A stretch of 64,000 nucleotides of DNA, from positions 492,025 to 556,024 of the forward strand of contig QPMI01000520.1 of assembly GCA_004431415.1 (NCBI GenBank), written 5' to 3'. Each line of letters starts with the position of its first letter. Position 1 is the first letter of the stretch. The notes below the pieces were generated by a model. It was not told where the DNA came from. It searched no databases and worked only from the letters and a program-made list of their open reading frames with translations. The position numbers and the translations under genes are program-made. This DNA is from Cyanophora paradoxa CCMP329 (Eukaryota; Plantae; Glaucophyta). Below are positions 34,901 through 47,927 of the stretch, one piece after another.

Positions 34901-35606
34901 ATCGGCGAGTCATTAATATTAATATTGCAGGTCGTAGATATGACCATTAATATTGCCATTAATACCAGCTATATCAGACGTCAATTTATTGATTGACAGC
35001 GTACGTATAATCCGATTTCAGCTGGCGCTCAGCGGCTCAGCGGCTGCAGCTGCGCATGCACCTTCACGAGGTGCGAGTCCTTCGAAGATCCATCCGACAT
35101 GTCGCCGACGGCGGCGATCAAAGATCCGTCTTTAGGCGATGCGACGAAGCACAAGACGCCATCGCCGTCGGCGGAGTCGAACGTCCCCAAAGACACGCGG
35201 TTGACTGCGCTTGTGCGTGAGCGTGGCCGAATCGAATATAAATATGGATTAAGTCGTGATCAACCCCGATATCTGGGGCAGCCGTGGCGCTATGATTTAG
35301 TTATGTGTATTCGCGTACGTAGCCGCGCGCCGCGGCCGTCTAGTTTGCCGCTGCAACCGTTCGCTGTGCGACGGTACATGTTATGTATACGTAACTAGCC
35401 GTAATAGGCCGCTGCAACGCGGATTCCGAAGCGGCGCGTGCGGTGGCAAAAGCAAGAGGACATGCACAATATTAATTGCAAGGCATGCCGCAGTGCGCAC
35501 CTCCCAGTGGTCCGCTGATGAGCGCGCCGTCGAAACTCGCGTGCGCCGGCGCCGTCGACAAGACGAGGAGAGCCACCAAGCTTAAGACGAGCGTTCCGGC
35601 AGCCAT
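28946..35606 (-). CDS. Large intron-rich cell-surface glycoprotein (one gene or two tandem genes)
   Basis: Signal peptide MAAGTLVLSLVALLVLSTAPAHA at 35606; (SP)n tracts; Cys-rich domains ending in RRLL/RSLL; IPT/TIG-like TITGSGF..LRIG; TM helix VIIPVVLGGCLMVLVICLVGVF followed by RRRWRR. Confidence 0.6.
31342..33620 (-). repeat. Internal duplication of the (SP)n + Cys-rich exon (~31342-31930 and ~33008-33620)
   Basis: Near-identical PTAAPNPCRACSNWTVEPPAGPPFCANCEGG...KGTCAD and QKRSLLSDDESRSEAEGA in ORFs 31334-32002 and 32987-33919. Confidence 0.9.
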
Positions 35607-37308
35607 AATCACTCGCGAGGGCGCCGACTGCGACCGCCGCGGCCGGGACCGGCGCAATTCCAAGGCAGCACATGTACACGGAGCTGAAGCTACCGAGTCA
35701 CCCATGTTGCATGCAGGGAAGGCCATATATAGCCGGGCCCGCGGCCCAGCGCTGCTGCTGCTGCTGCACCACCCTGCAGCTGCGCGTGCTGCTTTTGTCG
35801 AGGAGCACTGCTCAGCGGCTGCTGCTTTGGCTGCGCGTGCACGTGCTGGCCATGGCAATATGCTACCTGGTACTGCTCGCGGAATCCCGCGGCCGGTACT
35901 ACGGTACATGTACATGTACAGTGCAGCAGGCTGTGCAGCAGCTGCAGCCTGCAGGCTGCAGCTACAATGAGTGTCAATGACAGGCGCGGCCCGGCCGCGG
36001 CCGGGATCGCGAGGCTCATGATCATGAGTGCCATGATTCAGTGATCATGATCACCGTCAGGGCGTGGCACGGTCACGGTGGCACGTGCAGGCGTACAGAT
36101 TTCGCCAAATTAAATCCCGACATTCCTGGCGAAAATTAATCCGCCAGCGTCTTGATCGATCATGATTTCGGCCACCCCGAGACTTCGCCATAGACGAGTC
36201 AGCCGCTGGTACCCCTCTCTCGATACAAAAGTTCAATTCGCTAGCGTCAAATATTCGTGAGAGCGAGGGTCTGGCGAATATAGTCGAAATTAAATGCTGG
36301 CGGATATTCCGAAGTTCGTACGTTTACAGTACCGTTACACCGTGGCACTGTGACACTGACAGTGCAACTGCAATTGCACTGACAGTGCAACTGCAATTGG
36401 TCCGCGGCCGCCGCGCGGGCTCGCGGCGCGGTCCGCGGCCACCACCGTCACACCGTGGCACCGCCGGCCCACCGGCCGCGGACTCGGCGCGGAGCAATGA
36501 CTCCGAGATTCAATTCAATTCGAAGCTAGTAATGATATCTGCAATGATATTCGAATCATGAATTCGGCCGAAAAAATGAATTCGAATTTCGAAGTCGAAT
36601 GTTTCATTTCATTTCATATCATAGTATTGGGAAATCTTTTTTTATGACGTCAATCGACGTAAAAACAAGGAAAATGTTAAAAAAAGTCGACCGTCGGACT
36701 TAAAGGCGCCGGCACCGGCGGCACGGCGTCCGACGGTCGCGCCGGGCCGCGGCCCGGCCGCCGGCGCCGGGTCGCCGCGACGCCGCCGCGACGCCGCGTC
36801 GGCTGCTTGCAATTGAACCGGGATTCCAAGTTGTGGTGACTAACAATGGTACCGGTTGCGCCTCAGCGCTGTCCTTTTCACTGAGTCAAGTTTCAAAGTT
36901 TACAGGTACCCACTGCGCATGCTACTCAGTGCTTCCCAGTGTTCCCACTGGGCCAGTATACGCAAACAGTTGAACGGAGCCTTAGGGAGGTACTACCGTA
37001 GTAGTAGAGTACTACTGAATAGTACCGTACTAGTACCGTATTACGTTTACCTTCACTCGGTAATTATAAAACTCGCGATCGTGCCTTTTTTTGAGAGACT
37101 AGTGATCTATATATAGCTATAGCTAGCTGTGGCTGAAATGATAGAGCAAAGGCGCCGGCGCGACAGTTAATTAATATTCTTGAGCCGCATCGATATCATT
37201 TTCGCCTGAACGGATGCGGAATTGCGAGGGACCTCACTGAGTCAGAGTCGAGGGATCATCGGATACGCGATGCCCCGCTTTCTACCTACAGCGCTAGCGC
37301 TAGCGCTA

Positions 37309-39801
37309 CCGTTTGTTTTTGCAATAGTGGACGTCGCATTAAAAATATCGATACACCACGGCACATGTATCAATGTTCTACGTGACGTGCCCTTCCGACC
37401 GATCAGCTAGAAAGTTGAATCGAAGAAGCTAGCTAGTTGCCGGCCATGGGACGCTTAATATGGGAGGTTCGCCTGAGTGGGGGAGATCTAAACATCATGG
37501 CCATGGCCATGGCATGGTTTTCGGTGATAGCCGTGATTATATAAATATAACCAGTCCCGCGCGCCCACCCCTTGATCATGATTAACTCCTCCATCCCTCA
37601 TGAGCCCTGGAAGTGGATTGTCCCGCAGTCCGCCGCCCGCCCTTAAAAGCTTGCCGCCGCTCCGGATCCACCGGTACCACCCCTCCGCCTCGAGCTCCCC
37701 CCTCCGCCTCCTGCCTCCTCCTCACCTGCGCCCCAGGACACGGATTAGTCCGTGCCCTGTCTTGTCGAGGTGAAGGAGGTGGTAGGAGGAGGAGAAGAGG
37801 AAGGAGAGAGAGCGCTATATAGAGCTAGCGCTACCGCTCGCTGGCAGAGTCGCTGCTGCCGCCGGGCCGCTGCCCGGCGGCCCTGCACTCCGCACTCCGC
37901 ACCTCGCAAAATTGAAGTAGCAACTCTACCGCCACGTCGAGCCGTGACGGCCCGTGTGCCGTCGAGTGCCGCCTTGGGCTATTTACTAGGGGCCCGGCCG
38001 CGTTTGGCGCGCCGGGGGTGCAAGGGGGGAATCGGGATCTAATGAAAGAGTAGTAGTGGCACGAACATGCACGGGGCAGATGTAGATCGACCCCGGCCCA
38101 GCGCGCGCGGCAGGTTGAAGTAGTAAATTACAGATAGACACAGATTATATATGATTGAAAAGAATAGAAAAGGGCTGATAAGCAGACGCTGCGATCTAAC
38201 CGAAAAAAGAAACGCCTGAATGAAAGGCCAGATTCAGCGCACTGTATATGAAAGATTGTTCTGGAGCGGAAAAACGCTGCGCATCATCTGTGTTCGCGCG
38301 GCCTACCCCTAACCCTGAACAGCTGGCTAAAAGATGATGGTGTTGTCTGCAGAGGGCTAGCCGTAAACATAGGTGATCCAGGCCTTCTGGAGGGGGTCGA
38401 GGCGGAAGTCGACCATGGGGGTGAGCGGCAGCCAGCGGCGGCGGTCCTGAAGAGAGCCGTCTTGCGAGAGCATGGTGAGGCGGCCCGCCGCTTCGAGCGC
38501 CCGCAGAGCGACGCGGCTGACGCGCTGCTCGCTCCCGCTGCGCATCTTGTAGACAAGCTTTAAGGTCTTGAATTTCGATATCCGCGAGGCCGGCGTCACG
38601 GAGGCGCTTGAGGACTCCCATGTGGAGGTCCTCGATCGCAGGCCTGCTGTGGTCAAAATTAATATTTAGAGGAGACAGCTGGGAGAAGTGGTTGCCATGC
38701 AAAACCGCCGCGTGACACCCCAGCGCCGCGCGAAGGAGAGGCCCGGAGAGCTCAGATCTACAGCTAGAGCCTAGAAATTGGTTTTCCCCGAGTTCCTGCA
38801 GACCGCCGGGCAACCTGCTCGAGACTCGAGTTCTGACTGCAGCTGCAGACTGGAGAGAGGAGAGGAGAGCTGTCGCGAAGAGACGAGAAGATGGAAAGAG
38901 AGAAAACTGGTTTTCTCCCTCGAAAACCGCTTTTTGCGTGCACGCTCCCAGCGACAAACACGTGTCGCAACCCCATTTTGGCTCATTTTTTCCCGCGTTG
39001 CATACTGGACCTCGAAAACGGCCTCATAGAAGAATTTTGGCTGAAGCGATCGCGAGGGAACGGGAAGCAAGGGGGTCCCCTTCCCCCCTTGCAATATATA
39101 TATTTAATAAATCTCCCGGCCCCCGGGAGATTGCCACTTTTGCTTGGGGCGTTGTGGGGGACAGTGGGGCGCGCGGGCCGGGCCCTGCCCTAGGCTCGAA
39201 TTCGGGTCGCGCCTCGATCGCGAGTCCCTCGAGCTTCGGCGTCCGACGTCGATCGCGACGGTCGCCCGCGCGCGCGACGTCGTACGCGCGCGGGAGCACA
39301 GCGGCAGCGGATCGGACCCGCCGGGCCGGCCGCCGGCCGGCCGCGAGCTCGATCGCGAGCCGCGCGCGGCGATCGAGCTCGAGCTCGAGGCTGGCCATGG
39401 CCCGACGGCCGCGGCCGGCGCCGGCGCGTGCGGGAGCACGCGTACGGCGGCTCGAGGGCCGTCGAGGGCTGCCGGTGCCGGAGGCCTTCACTAGTACTAG
39501 TACTGCGGCATGTGCACGCACGCCAGGGCTCATGAGGGATGGAGGAGTTGATCAAGGGGTGGGCGCGCGGGTCTGGTTACGGCTATCACCGAAAACCATG
39601 GCTCCCCCACTCAGGCGAACCTCCCATATTGAGCGACCCATGGCCGGCACCTTGCTTAATTAATTAGGCTTGCTAGCATCTTCGACTAGATATATATAGA
39701 TGACCGGTCGGAAGGGCGCGTCACGTAGAACATATATTGATACATGTGCCGTCACTGCCGTGGTGTATCAATGCGACGTCCACTTTTGCAAAACAAAACG
39801 G
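37309..39801. mobile_element. Non-autonomous DNA transposon with ~290-bp TIRs
   Basis: 37309-37610 is the diverged reverse complement of ~39523-39801. Ends are CCGT...ACGG, with TA on the left and CA on the right. Interior has decayed coding-like DNA and no recognisable intact transposase. Confidence 0.75.
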
Positions 39802-41272
39802 CATGTGCACGGCGCTGCACGCACGCGTACGCGCGCCTGCGTGAATGCGATTAATTACGATCGCGAAGTTGACGACGCGAACGCGCGCGGGGCACCGGCC
39901 GCGGCGCGCGCGGCGCGCCGAGCCTCGCGCTTAAAGCTTCAATTGCAAGTCAGCGGGCCCCGGGCGTCAGCTGCAGCCTGCAGCAGCACTGCGGCACGCC
40001 GGCAGCGACGCGTTCGCGAATTCGTACGCTTTTACTAAGTTAAGCAGCGCTAGCTTATATAGCTAAATAGCACTAGCCCGTCACTGAGTCATGAAGGGCG
40101 GCGTCCTGCTGGGTCCCGCACTGCGGCACGGGCCTAAATTTAAGGACGCTCCACTGGGCCAGCTCGCAGGCCGAGTCGCAGGCTCGCAGCCGCTGAGCGT
40201 CGGGCCGTCGGCGGCGACTCGGCGCGCGCCGCCGCCGCGTCACGGCGTCGCTGCCAGGCTGATTGCAATTAATAAATTTATATTAATATTGCGAGTCGGA
40301 GACTCGGAGGCTGGCGCCGGGCCGCCGCCGGCCCGGCCATCGGTCCGGGCGTCGGACCGCCGTCGGTCCGTCGGATCGGAGGCCGGGCGATTCGCATGCG
40401 CAGGCTGCGCAGCTCCTGCCAGCTCGTGGCTCCACACGCAGCTGAGTCCGACGGTCCACAGACAGACGGATCGGAGGCGGAGGCTAGGCGGCCGGAGGCG
40501 GAGGTGGAAGCGCACGTGCGCACTGCGCACTGCTGCTGAGCACCGGCGCGCTGAGTTGAGGCCGCGCTGCTGAGCATCCGATGATCGATTCGAAATTCAT
40601 GATCAGAGGCCTCGAGCTCAGAGCACGCGCGCACGACTGCATCTGCTGCATGCGGAGGCGCCGCAGGCTAGCCGCCACTGCCCGCCAGTAGCGCCGGCCG
40701 CGGCGCCGGCGCGCGGCGCCTAGCGGCGCTAGGCCTAGGTAGCGCTGGCGGCACTGGGTTACCCGGGTACCGTATACGTACTCACGCGTACGCGAACTTG
40801 CCGTCGCCCCAAAGGCCCCCAATCGCCTCGATGCCCCATAAACAGTCCTGCCCCGTGGCAGTGCAGCCTCGGGTCTGAATCAGGTCCTGGGAAATGGGTA
40901 ATAGTAATTAGACCTATTGGCTATAGCTACCCGGCACGATCTGCATTACCATTAATATATAGTTTGGTTAACGGGCCCGGGTAACACTAGATGTAAATCG
41001 ACTTGAGACAATATGAAGGCATATATGGTCGGGACTAGGGATGGATGGGTAAAGCGGAAGGTTACCCGTGGATACGACACTTCGATAATGAGAGGTATAG
41101 GATAAATGGCTTCGTGAGGGGTAGGGCTTATGTACACGATCGACCGTCGGGCACGGTCGTTCGTACCCTGAGGGGTACGTGTATAACAGGACCGGTCAGA
41201 AGCGGGGAGCGCGGCTGAGTCTTCATCACGCGGGCAGGGGAAGCGGGAGCCTGTCGAGCGGAAGAACGTGGC

Positions 41273-44200
41273 ATGGATAGCGCTTCAGGCACGGTCCTCC
41301 CGGGTGTGTGGTGGTGTTGGCGCAGACGCCCGTCGGCGTTCCGAGGCTGACATGTGACGAGCAGATCTAGAAGTTGCGCAGGACGTTGCGCAAGAACCAG
41401 TGAACAGCATGGACACGCCGGGCGTCGATGATGGTGAGAACGCTGACGATGGAGCGATGATTTCGGACTAACCATGGCCAGCCGAAGCAGGAGCTCGTCG
41501 ACGTGAAGCGCGCGATGAGGAAAGGCGAAGCGCGGCAACTGCTGATGATGAGGGTGCGGTCCCGGGCAACGGCGCCGAGCGCGCACCGCATATACAGGGC
41601 GCCCTCGTACGACCGCATTCTCAGTGGTAGACATCGACGAGTTGGTCTTCATTCCGCAAGCGCCAGTGAAGACTGAGATCACGCCGCGCGAGGAGCCGAC
41701 GTCGCCGTCCGCGGAGCCGACGTCGACGGGCGGAACAGACGAAGGTAGGAAGGTTAAGGTAGGCGACGGAATCGATGAATCCATATTAACTAGCAGAGAA
41801 CGAAGCAGCGTCGGACCTCGTGGATAACAGGCGCGCGTACGTCGGAGCGCGAACGGAAGGCGGAAAGTTGCCGCAGCGTACGTACGATGATGAATCGATC
41901 GCTGCTGCTGCGCGCGAGACGGCAGACACTGCGGCAGGAACTACGACATCGACGGGCATCTTACCTAGCGGATCGATCTCCACCGGCGCTCATTTGGATG
42001 CGGGGATGGAAGGGGACGACACAGGTGACTGCGGTTTGATAAAGTGGAGCGTCCAAGTCTAACTCTTGGGTTCGGCAGGCGGCCCGAAACGGGCGGCAGG
42101 GGAATCAGTCGGTGTTAAGAGGGCGTCTGGGGACCTGAAGCCCAACCAAGCACAGGGCGTGCGGGAAGCCAGGGGTGGTGCGATCTTGCGCATGTTCTTA
42201 GAGCGCCGACGCTGACTGTGGACGAACAGGAGGACCGCCGAAGGCAGCACATCAGCCAAGCGCGAGAATTGGGAGCGGCACGGGGTCAGCAGCTGCGGAC
42301 AGGTCAACCCCGCCTAAGATTTTCGTGAAGGCAGAGCGGGCATCCAGCCCTATCGCTACCCTGGCGGCCCGAAGTGGTGCACATATGATATACCTGATAT
42401 ATGCTTTTGCCGGCGCCGGTGCAAGGATCATGCTTATCAAGGAGGTCATGGTCGCAGGCATGTCGTCAGAGGCATCGAAAAGTTCAGCATCGTCGGCGAG
42501 CAAGAAAAGTGCGAGCGGCCCAAGACCGGCAGCACCGCTCAGCTGCAGCACATCCCCGTCGAATATTTCTCAACGGCCGTCGGCGGAAGTGAAACCGGAG
42601 GGGGCATCGAGCTCCCCTCAGGGGACTCGGACAGGTGCACCGCGGATAGGCGCATGTACCGCTACAAGTTTTATGTCTATTAATTATGGCGCAGGCAAGG
42701 GTAGAGAGCCTTTGACGGGACGGCCATCTGCTAGGGAGGGAGGTGCATCCACGGTCACCGCTCCAAAGGGTGCGATCTACCCACTTCGTACCCCCGCTCG
42801 AGCTCGGTAGATCCGACCTGCCTGCAGGCAAGGATCCAGAGCAGGGGGACGGCGAGTCAAGGGGCGGGGCGAGGGGATCCGCTTCCAAGTATTCAACGGG
42901 TACGTCGTCGGCCGGCCCGAAGCCTTAGTCGAGATCGATCACGAGGCACAGTTTGACGTGGCGGACGCAGATAAGAGCATCGCCTCTCCCTCGGAAAAGC
43001 AGGCGGAGGGCGCTGAATCGATAGGAGGAGATGGTGTACCCGAGGGTGCATCTTCTAGCGGCTCGCCAGCGCCCTCCGCCGGCAGCCCTGAACCCCTACT
43101 CTTACCGCCCCTCTGACCTGCGTACAGAATCAAGCCATCCGCCGGCGGGGAGAAAGTACAAGTGTCCCGATTGTTTCAAGATCTACGTAGCAGCAGGGAA
43201 GCATGTTACGTGTTGCGACGGCCTGCCAGGTGCGAACAACACAGCCGAAACGAATGATGCAATAAAAGACGAGGTGCACGCATTGACACGCTGACGCACC
43301 CAACGTAGAGGATGCAATCGTGGAGTCCGGGAAGGTTGAGGAACGGAGCCTTCGATGTTCGCGCTGTCGGCACACGTTTGTGAGGCAGAAAGCATTTGAT
43401 CATCATGTGAAGAACCACATCAGAAAAGGTAAAGCGGCGAGACAAAGTAAAGGAGTCGTGGGTTGTGATAAGGGTTCTTACGATAATCTGTCTCAGAGGA
43501 AGATGCAGAAGGGACCGAGAAGGAGACGGAGGCATCTGAAGCAGAAGAGGACAGTGCCTCACCTCCGCGTACTCGGAAGAAATCAAAGACGGCTGCAGCA
43601 GGTCGGTGAAGAATTGTACTCTTCGAGCGTATTGTATACGTTGAAGCGTTCACGAGCAGGGGACGTCGAGCATATGCAGGAGGGTAAGCGATGATCGAAT
43701 CTGCTCATTCTTTGCGTACGCCGACATGGACTGTGTACATGCAGGTGCCAGCACGCATTCCGAGGGTTCCAATGCGCCTCCTGGAGGGGGAGATGCGGCC
43801 CAACCGGCTGTACCGGCACCGGATCCTGCCCTGGTGTTGGGGTGGACACGCGCAGAAGTCAGCAGGTGGATGAAAGGAACCTTCTCACTTGAAGGGGATT
43901 CGGCAGAGTACGTTGTCCATTAGATATTTTAGACAATCCTGAATACATCTAATATTAACATTTTAACTTCGCAGGTTGAAGTGCCTGCAACTGTTGTCCT
44001 TCACAGGTCGAGCTCTGCTGATGCACTCGGCGAAGGAGCTGCGAGGCCGGCTGGTGGAGTTTGAGAAAAAGGAGGGGATGCGCCTCGACGGCGCCAGCGA
44101 CGCGGGTCTCAGTTACGGACTCGAGGCGGTCCTCTTCTCATTTGACAAACATGTGCGTTCATCCGCCAGCAACCTGCAGAAAGACGGTAATAAGTATCGG

Positions 44201-44398
44201 GATTGTTTCTGTGCAGGTGGCGCTACTCGTGGACAAGGCAAAACAGACGTGGGCCCTTCCCGTACCCCCCCCTCCCCCCCCCCTTCCAACTCCGTATCCC
44301 TATATATGACATGTACTGATGGGCTCATTATCGGCAGATGCCAGGATGCAAATACCGTGGCAGAAATCAAGCGCCACTATGCCTGCCGCGACGTTTGA
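41273..44398 (+). CDS. Intron-rich low-complexity protein with C2H2-like Zn fingers and a SAM-like domain
   Basis: Repeated ~50-nt GT..AG introns; YKCPDCFKIY..H and CSRCRHTFVRQKAFDHHVKNH; VLGWTRAEVSRWM...FTGRALL..SAKEL. Boundaries approximate. Confidence 0.5.
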
Positions 44399-44445
44399 AG
44401 ACGAACGGTAGTACTCGCGGAATTTAAGTGAGCCTGGTGATTGCG

Positions 44446-44600
44446 GAATGTGAATTGACACATGGAAATGAAGTGCATAAGCCTTCCCATGTAGCCGAGC
44501 CGCTCGATCGTTCATGGCTCGCCGGATTGCACCTAGGCACCATATGTATATGTAACAGAGGCTGGGGAACGGTTGAAGTTATTTAATGCACACTTAATTG
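44446..44600. repeat. Dispersed ~150-bp repeat, copy A (copy B at ~51230-51370)
   Basis: Shared GAATGTGAATTGACACATGG, CCGCTCGATCGTTCAT, TGCACCTAGGCACCATATGTA and CGGTTGAAG blocks. Confidence 0.85.
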
Positions 44601-44769
44601 AGCTTGCCGGAGTAATACTGGACAATGAAACGGTACAGTTAAGGATATAAAGCAATATGAAAGTACAGGTAGGCTGGGAAGAGCAGGTAAATCGAAAGTT
44701 GCAATTTTCTGCATCTGATTGGGTGTGCCAAAGGCAAGGTCGGCCTTTGATATATATGTAATTATATGG

Positions 44770-45285
44770 TTATTGCGACTGCCGGAGGTGGCTCCGGAGG
44801 GCGTCCTCCAATTCTACGACGCGAGATTGGTGCTCCGCCACCCATCCGTATGCCTCGTTCAGCTTGGTCCTCACAGGGCACGACGGGCCGCATGGTGCGG
44901 CAGCTGTGCGCGGGATGGCGTTGCACCAAACAAGTCGATCCCCGGCGAGAGCTTCAGATCCGGCGATTGCTAAGCGGAGGGCAGCGGCAGGCGACTCCTC
45001 AACTAGAGCTTGCTGGAAAAGTGCGGAAGCAGCAGCCTTCCTCGCTTCGACGGGGCGGGTTGAAGGGTCCACCTGGCCAGGAGCCAGCGCTGGCAGCTCG
45101 CGCTCGAAATTAAAGCGTCTCGAATGAGCGTCGTACCAGTCGTCTAAGTTTGGCTGAACGACAGTGGGCGTCTTGTGCTCATGGTGTCCGCGGCGGTTGC
45201 GGTTGATTGCCGATGGGGCGCTAGCGGGATGTGCCGAGCTACCGGAGGCTTCGAACGATGGCCCGGTCTTGGCACGTTTTGCCAT
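44770..45285 (-). CDS. Orphan-family protein, paralog A
   Basis: 171-aa ORF colinear with 48682-49293 (RFNFERELP.L.PG, RLVWC, CG.SCPV..KL, RV.ELED..RSH). Confidence 0.8.
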   Translation of the reverse strand: MAKRAKTGPSFEASGSSAHPASAPSAINRNRRGHHEHKTPTVVQPNLDDWYDAHSRRFNFERELPALAPGQVDPSTRPVEARKAAASALFQQALVEESPAAALRLAIAGSEALAGDRLVWCNAIPRTAAAPCGPSCPVRTKLNEAYGWVAEHQSRVVELEDALRSHLRQSQ

Positions 45286-45403
45286 TGCTGTCGAATCCGG
45301 AGTTTATAACGTGGGTCCTGATTTTCAGGGTACCCGGAGCGCACGGCGTCCTAAGGCAAAAACACGGAAGGCTAGACGGCTCCGTTTACAGGGCACAACT
45401 CAG

Positions 45404-47257
45404 ATGTCGAACGAAGACGATTACCAGGTTCTGCGGCGGGTGAGTCGCACTCTAGCAGTCAAGCACGCGCTGCCCGAAATCGTTCTTACTGGGCGTCCTC
45501 TACGCGCAGAGGCAGGCAATCGAGCTTGCGCACTGGAATGAGGAGAAACGGAACGAGGTTCAAGCGTGTCAACTCGCAGCTGACGAGGTGCGTGCTGCTC
45601 GGAGGATCGCTGCGTACGTTGCCAGGTTGCCGCAGTGCAACTCAGCCGGGTTTCGGAAACGTAGGGATGCAGTGTCGTCGAACACCAGCAACCGGTTGAA
45701 ATGTGGAGGAGACAAGAACGCCGCAAGGGAAGCATAAGAAGCAGGGGAAACCGGCCTTGTCTGGCCGTGGCAGTGCGGACAGCAGCAACGTCGAACGGGC
45801 GGCGGCCGCAGGAGCAACAGCGACATGCGCAACGCCGGCCGGTCGTCCAGGCGGGACCATGGGAGGGGAAAGCGCTGCCGCCGGCGGCAGCATGCACAGG
45901 GGCTCGGGCACGGTTATCGCACCGGCCGGGCGACCCTGGATGCGTTCCGCAGCGTACCAACGGCCTGTGCATCGATGAAGCCGACCGACAAGATGATCAT
46001 ATCGGAGCTTGCCCGAGGCATCTGCCCTGTGTGCGGGGAGGAGGGCCAGCAGAACGCAACGAGTCCTATCCGCGCAATCGAAAGCGGCTTTGTGGTATGT
46101 AGGTTATGATATATAGGATTTCGGAAGAGATAACGTTGATGACGAGTGGGGCACAGGGCATGTGCTCTTCTGCACGTCGGAGGGTGGAGAGCTGGGAGCA
46201 AGGATGAAGGAAGCGCTCAAGGAGGCCAGCGAGGCGATTGATATTTTCTACCGCGGGACGTCTGCGCATGCTTTCATCGAGGCTCAGCTCACCAATGAGC
46301 TCCGTGCCATAAAAAGCAGAATCGAGAGCTTCACGCAAGACCACCTGTGTTCGTCAGACCGAGCGGTGCTTGGGCTTCGCAGGATGATGCTCTCGCCGTC
46401 GCCAACTCCTACGGTTAGGACACTGGCATTAATATTTTACGCAGCGTCTCGGCCCCCGTATGTGGCTGACACGTGCACTGCCCACAGCAAGGGACGGAGG
46501 GTCCGCAGAATACGCGTCGGCCATCACACATGCTGTGTGCGCGGCAATCAGAGACGCGAGATCAAGCGTGGAGCGGGAGCTGGATTGGATGCGGAGGATT
46601 TCCAGCAAACTCGCCAAGCTTGATGGCGGCGCCTTCATCGTTACATGGGAAGTGGACGCTCTGCGGAAACTCGTAGGACAAGGAGGGGAGACGCAACAAT
46701 CAGTCAATCATCCCCTGGATATTGCAGCCTTGCACCATTTCAGTTACTACGTCAACCCCATCGTCAACCCCGGTCGGAACATATCGTCAACTCCGGTTGC
46801 AAAGCATCGCGATCGGCCGTCCCCTACATTCCTCCGATGGGTATGTTATCCCTGCCAGCCTCTTTTATTTCGTCGTGCCGTCTGATGTGAACGCCAGCGA
46901 GTACGAAGACGGGCAAGACTTCCAGTGAGGTGAGCATTCTTAGTTTCCGGCCCTCTCTGCCGCTCTTTACTAGACACATGAGTGGTTATAATTATGTGAT
47001 CACTTGCGATTGCCATACCGATGCCTCTGCAGAAGGACACTTCTCACCTGAGAATCGGTGATCTCCGGAGTGCGTCAGTTGTCGGTCCATGCGGCCGGCA
47101 GACCAGTACAATTACGTCACTCTTATCTGCACATGCAGTGTGCCGGGACACGATCGACTTCCTGCTCGTACGCTGCGCATCGTCCCAGGCCGATTCAGTC
47201 AGCATCCTGGAGCTCCTCAATTCTACGAGCACCATCGTTAGTGCTTTTTCATCATAA
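45404..47257 (+). CDS. Intron-containing hypothetical protein
   Basis: ATG 45404 (MSNEDDYQ); exon-like ORFs with CPVCG and helical segments joined by short GT-AG introns. End is uncertain. Confidence 0.4.
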
Positions 47258-47927
47258 ACGCGCCCGTAAGAACGGCCTCATGACAAGGCATCTCGTCTTC
47301 CACGCAGGCCCGCGAAATCATTGTTAACAAGCCTGGCATCCTTCAACTGAGTCGATCCCTGAAAGGTATCTCGTATATTTTGTACGCATGCATATAGGTG
47401 CGTGTCGAAGTCTCTATATGATGTTCGGAATTCGGCAGTGCTCGTCGATGCCATTGCCGACTGTGAGACCGCGGAAATGGTGGCGGTACTGCTCTAGATC
47501 TAGAGCTTTTGATGTTCATGAGTATTCGAACTCACACCGGCCCTTACTAACAATTTGCAGTACTGTAGTTCTGTTTTCTTGGATGTCACCGGTAGTATAG
47601 ATACATTGGGATTGCATTTTTTCTAGTGTAATCGAGGGCAATTTACGTGGATGGTTGACGCTTGAGATTTATGTTCCATGGCATTGAAGTTATAGCTCAC
47701 ACTGGCTGGCTCCAGCACTAGCTTGGTATCATGACATTTCGATCTCGTGCCCTCACCGTGGTACGGTGGTGCTGCGAGCAGCATGCGCGCCTGACATTGC
47801 GAGCAACGAAATGGGGTTTGAAAAGTCGCTCGATGATGCGTACCCGTTGGTCTAATTCGTGCCGTTGCTAGGATAAATACAGTTGCCCTTTCGAAAGTAG
47901 GGCACGATCCAGCGTACACCGGCAGAC

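Noticed and set aside
36094-36320. Possible further MITE
   Set aside because: Only short imperfect inverted matches (ATCCGCCAGC/GCTGGCGGAT); ends and TSD cannot be defined.
38196-38957. 253-aa ORF as the transposase of the long-TIR element
   Set aside because: Only a vague DLHMGVLKRL resemblance; no DDE triad or HTH recognised, and frames look broken.
25250-40800. Numerous Arg/Ala/Pro-rich ORFs in the track
   Set aside because: They overlap on both strands, have low complexity and run through palindrome-rich non-coding DNA, as expected for spurious ORFs in GC-rich sequence.
44515-44545. U1 snRNA (ATTGCAC loop)
   Set aside because: No ATACTTACCTG 5' end or Sm site, and the second copy has GCTGCAC.
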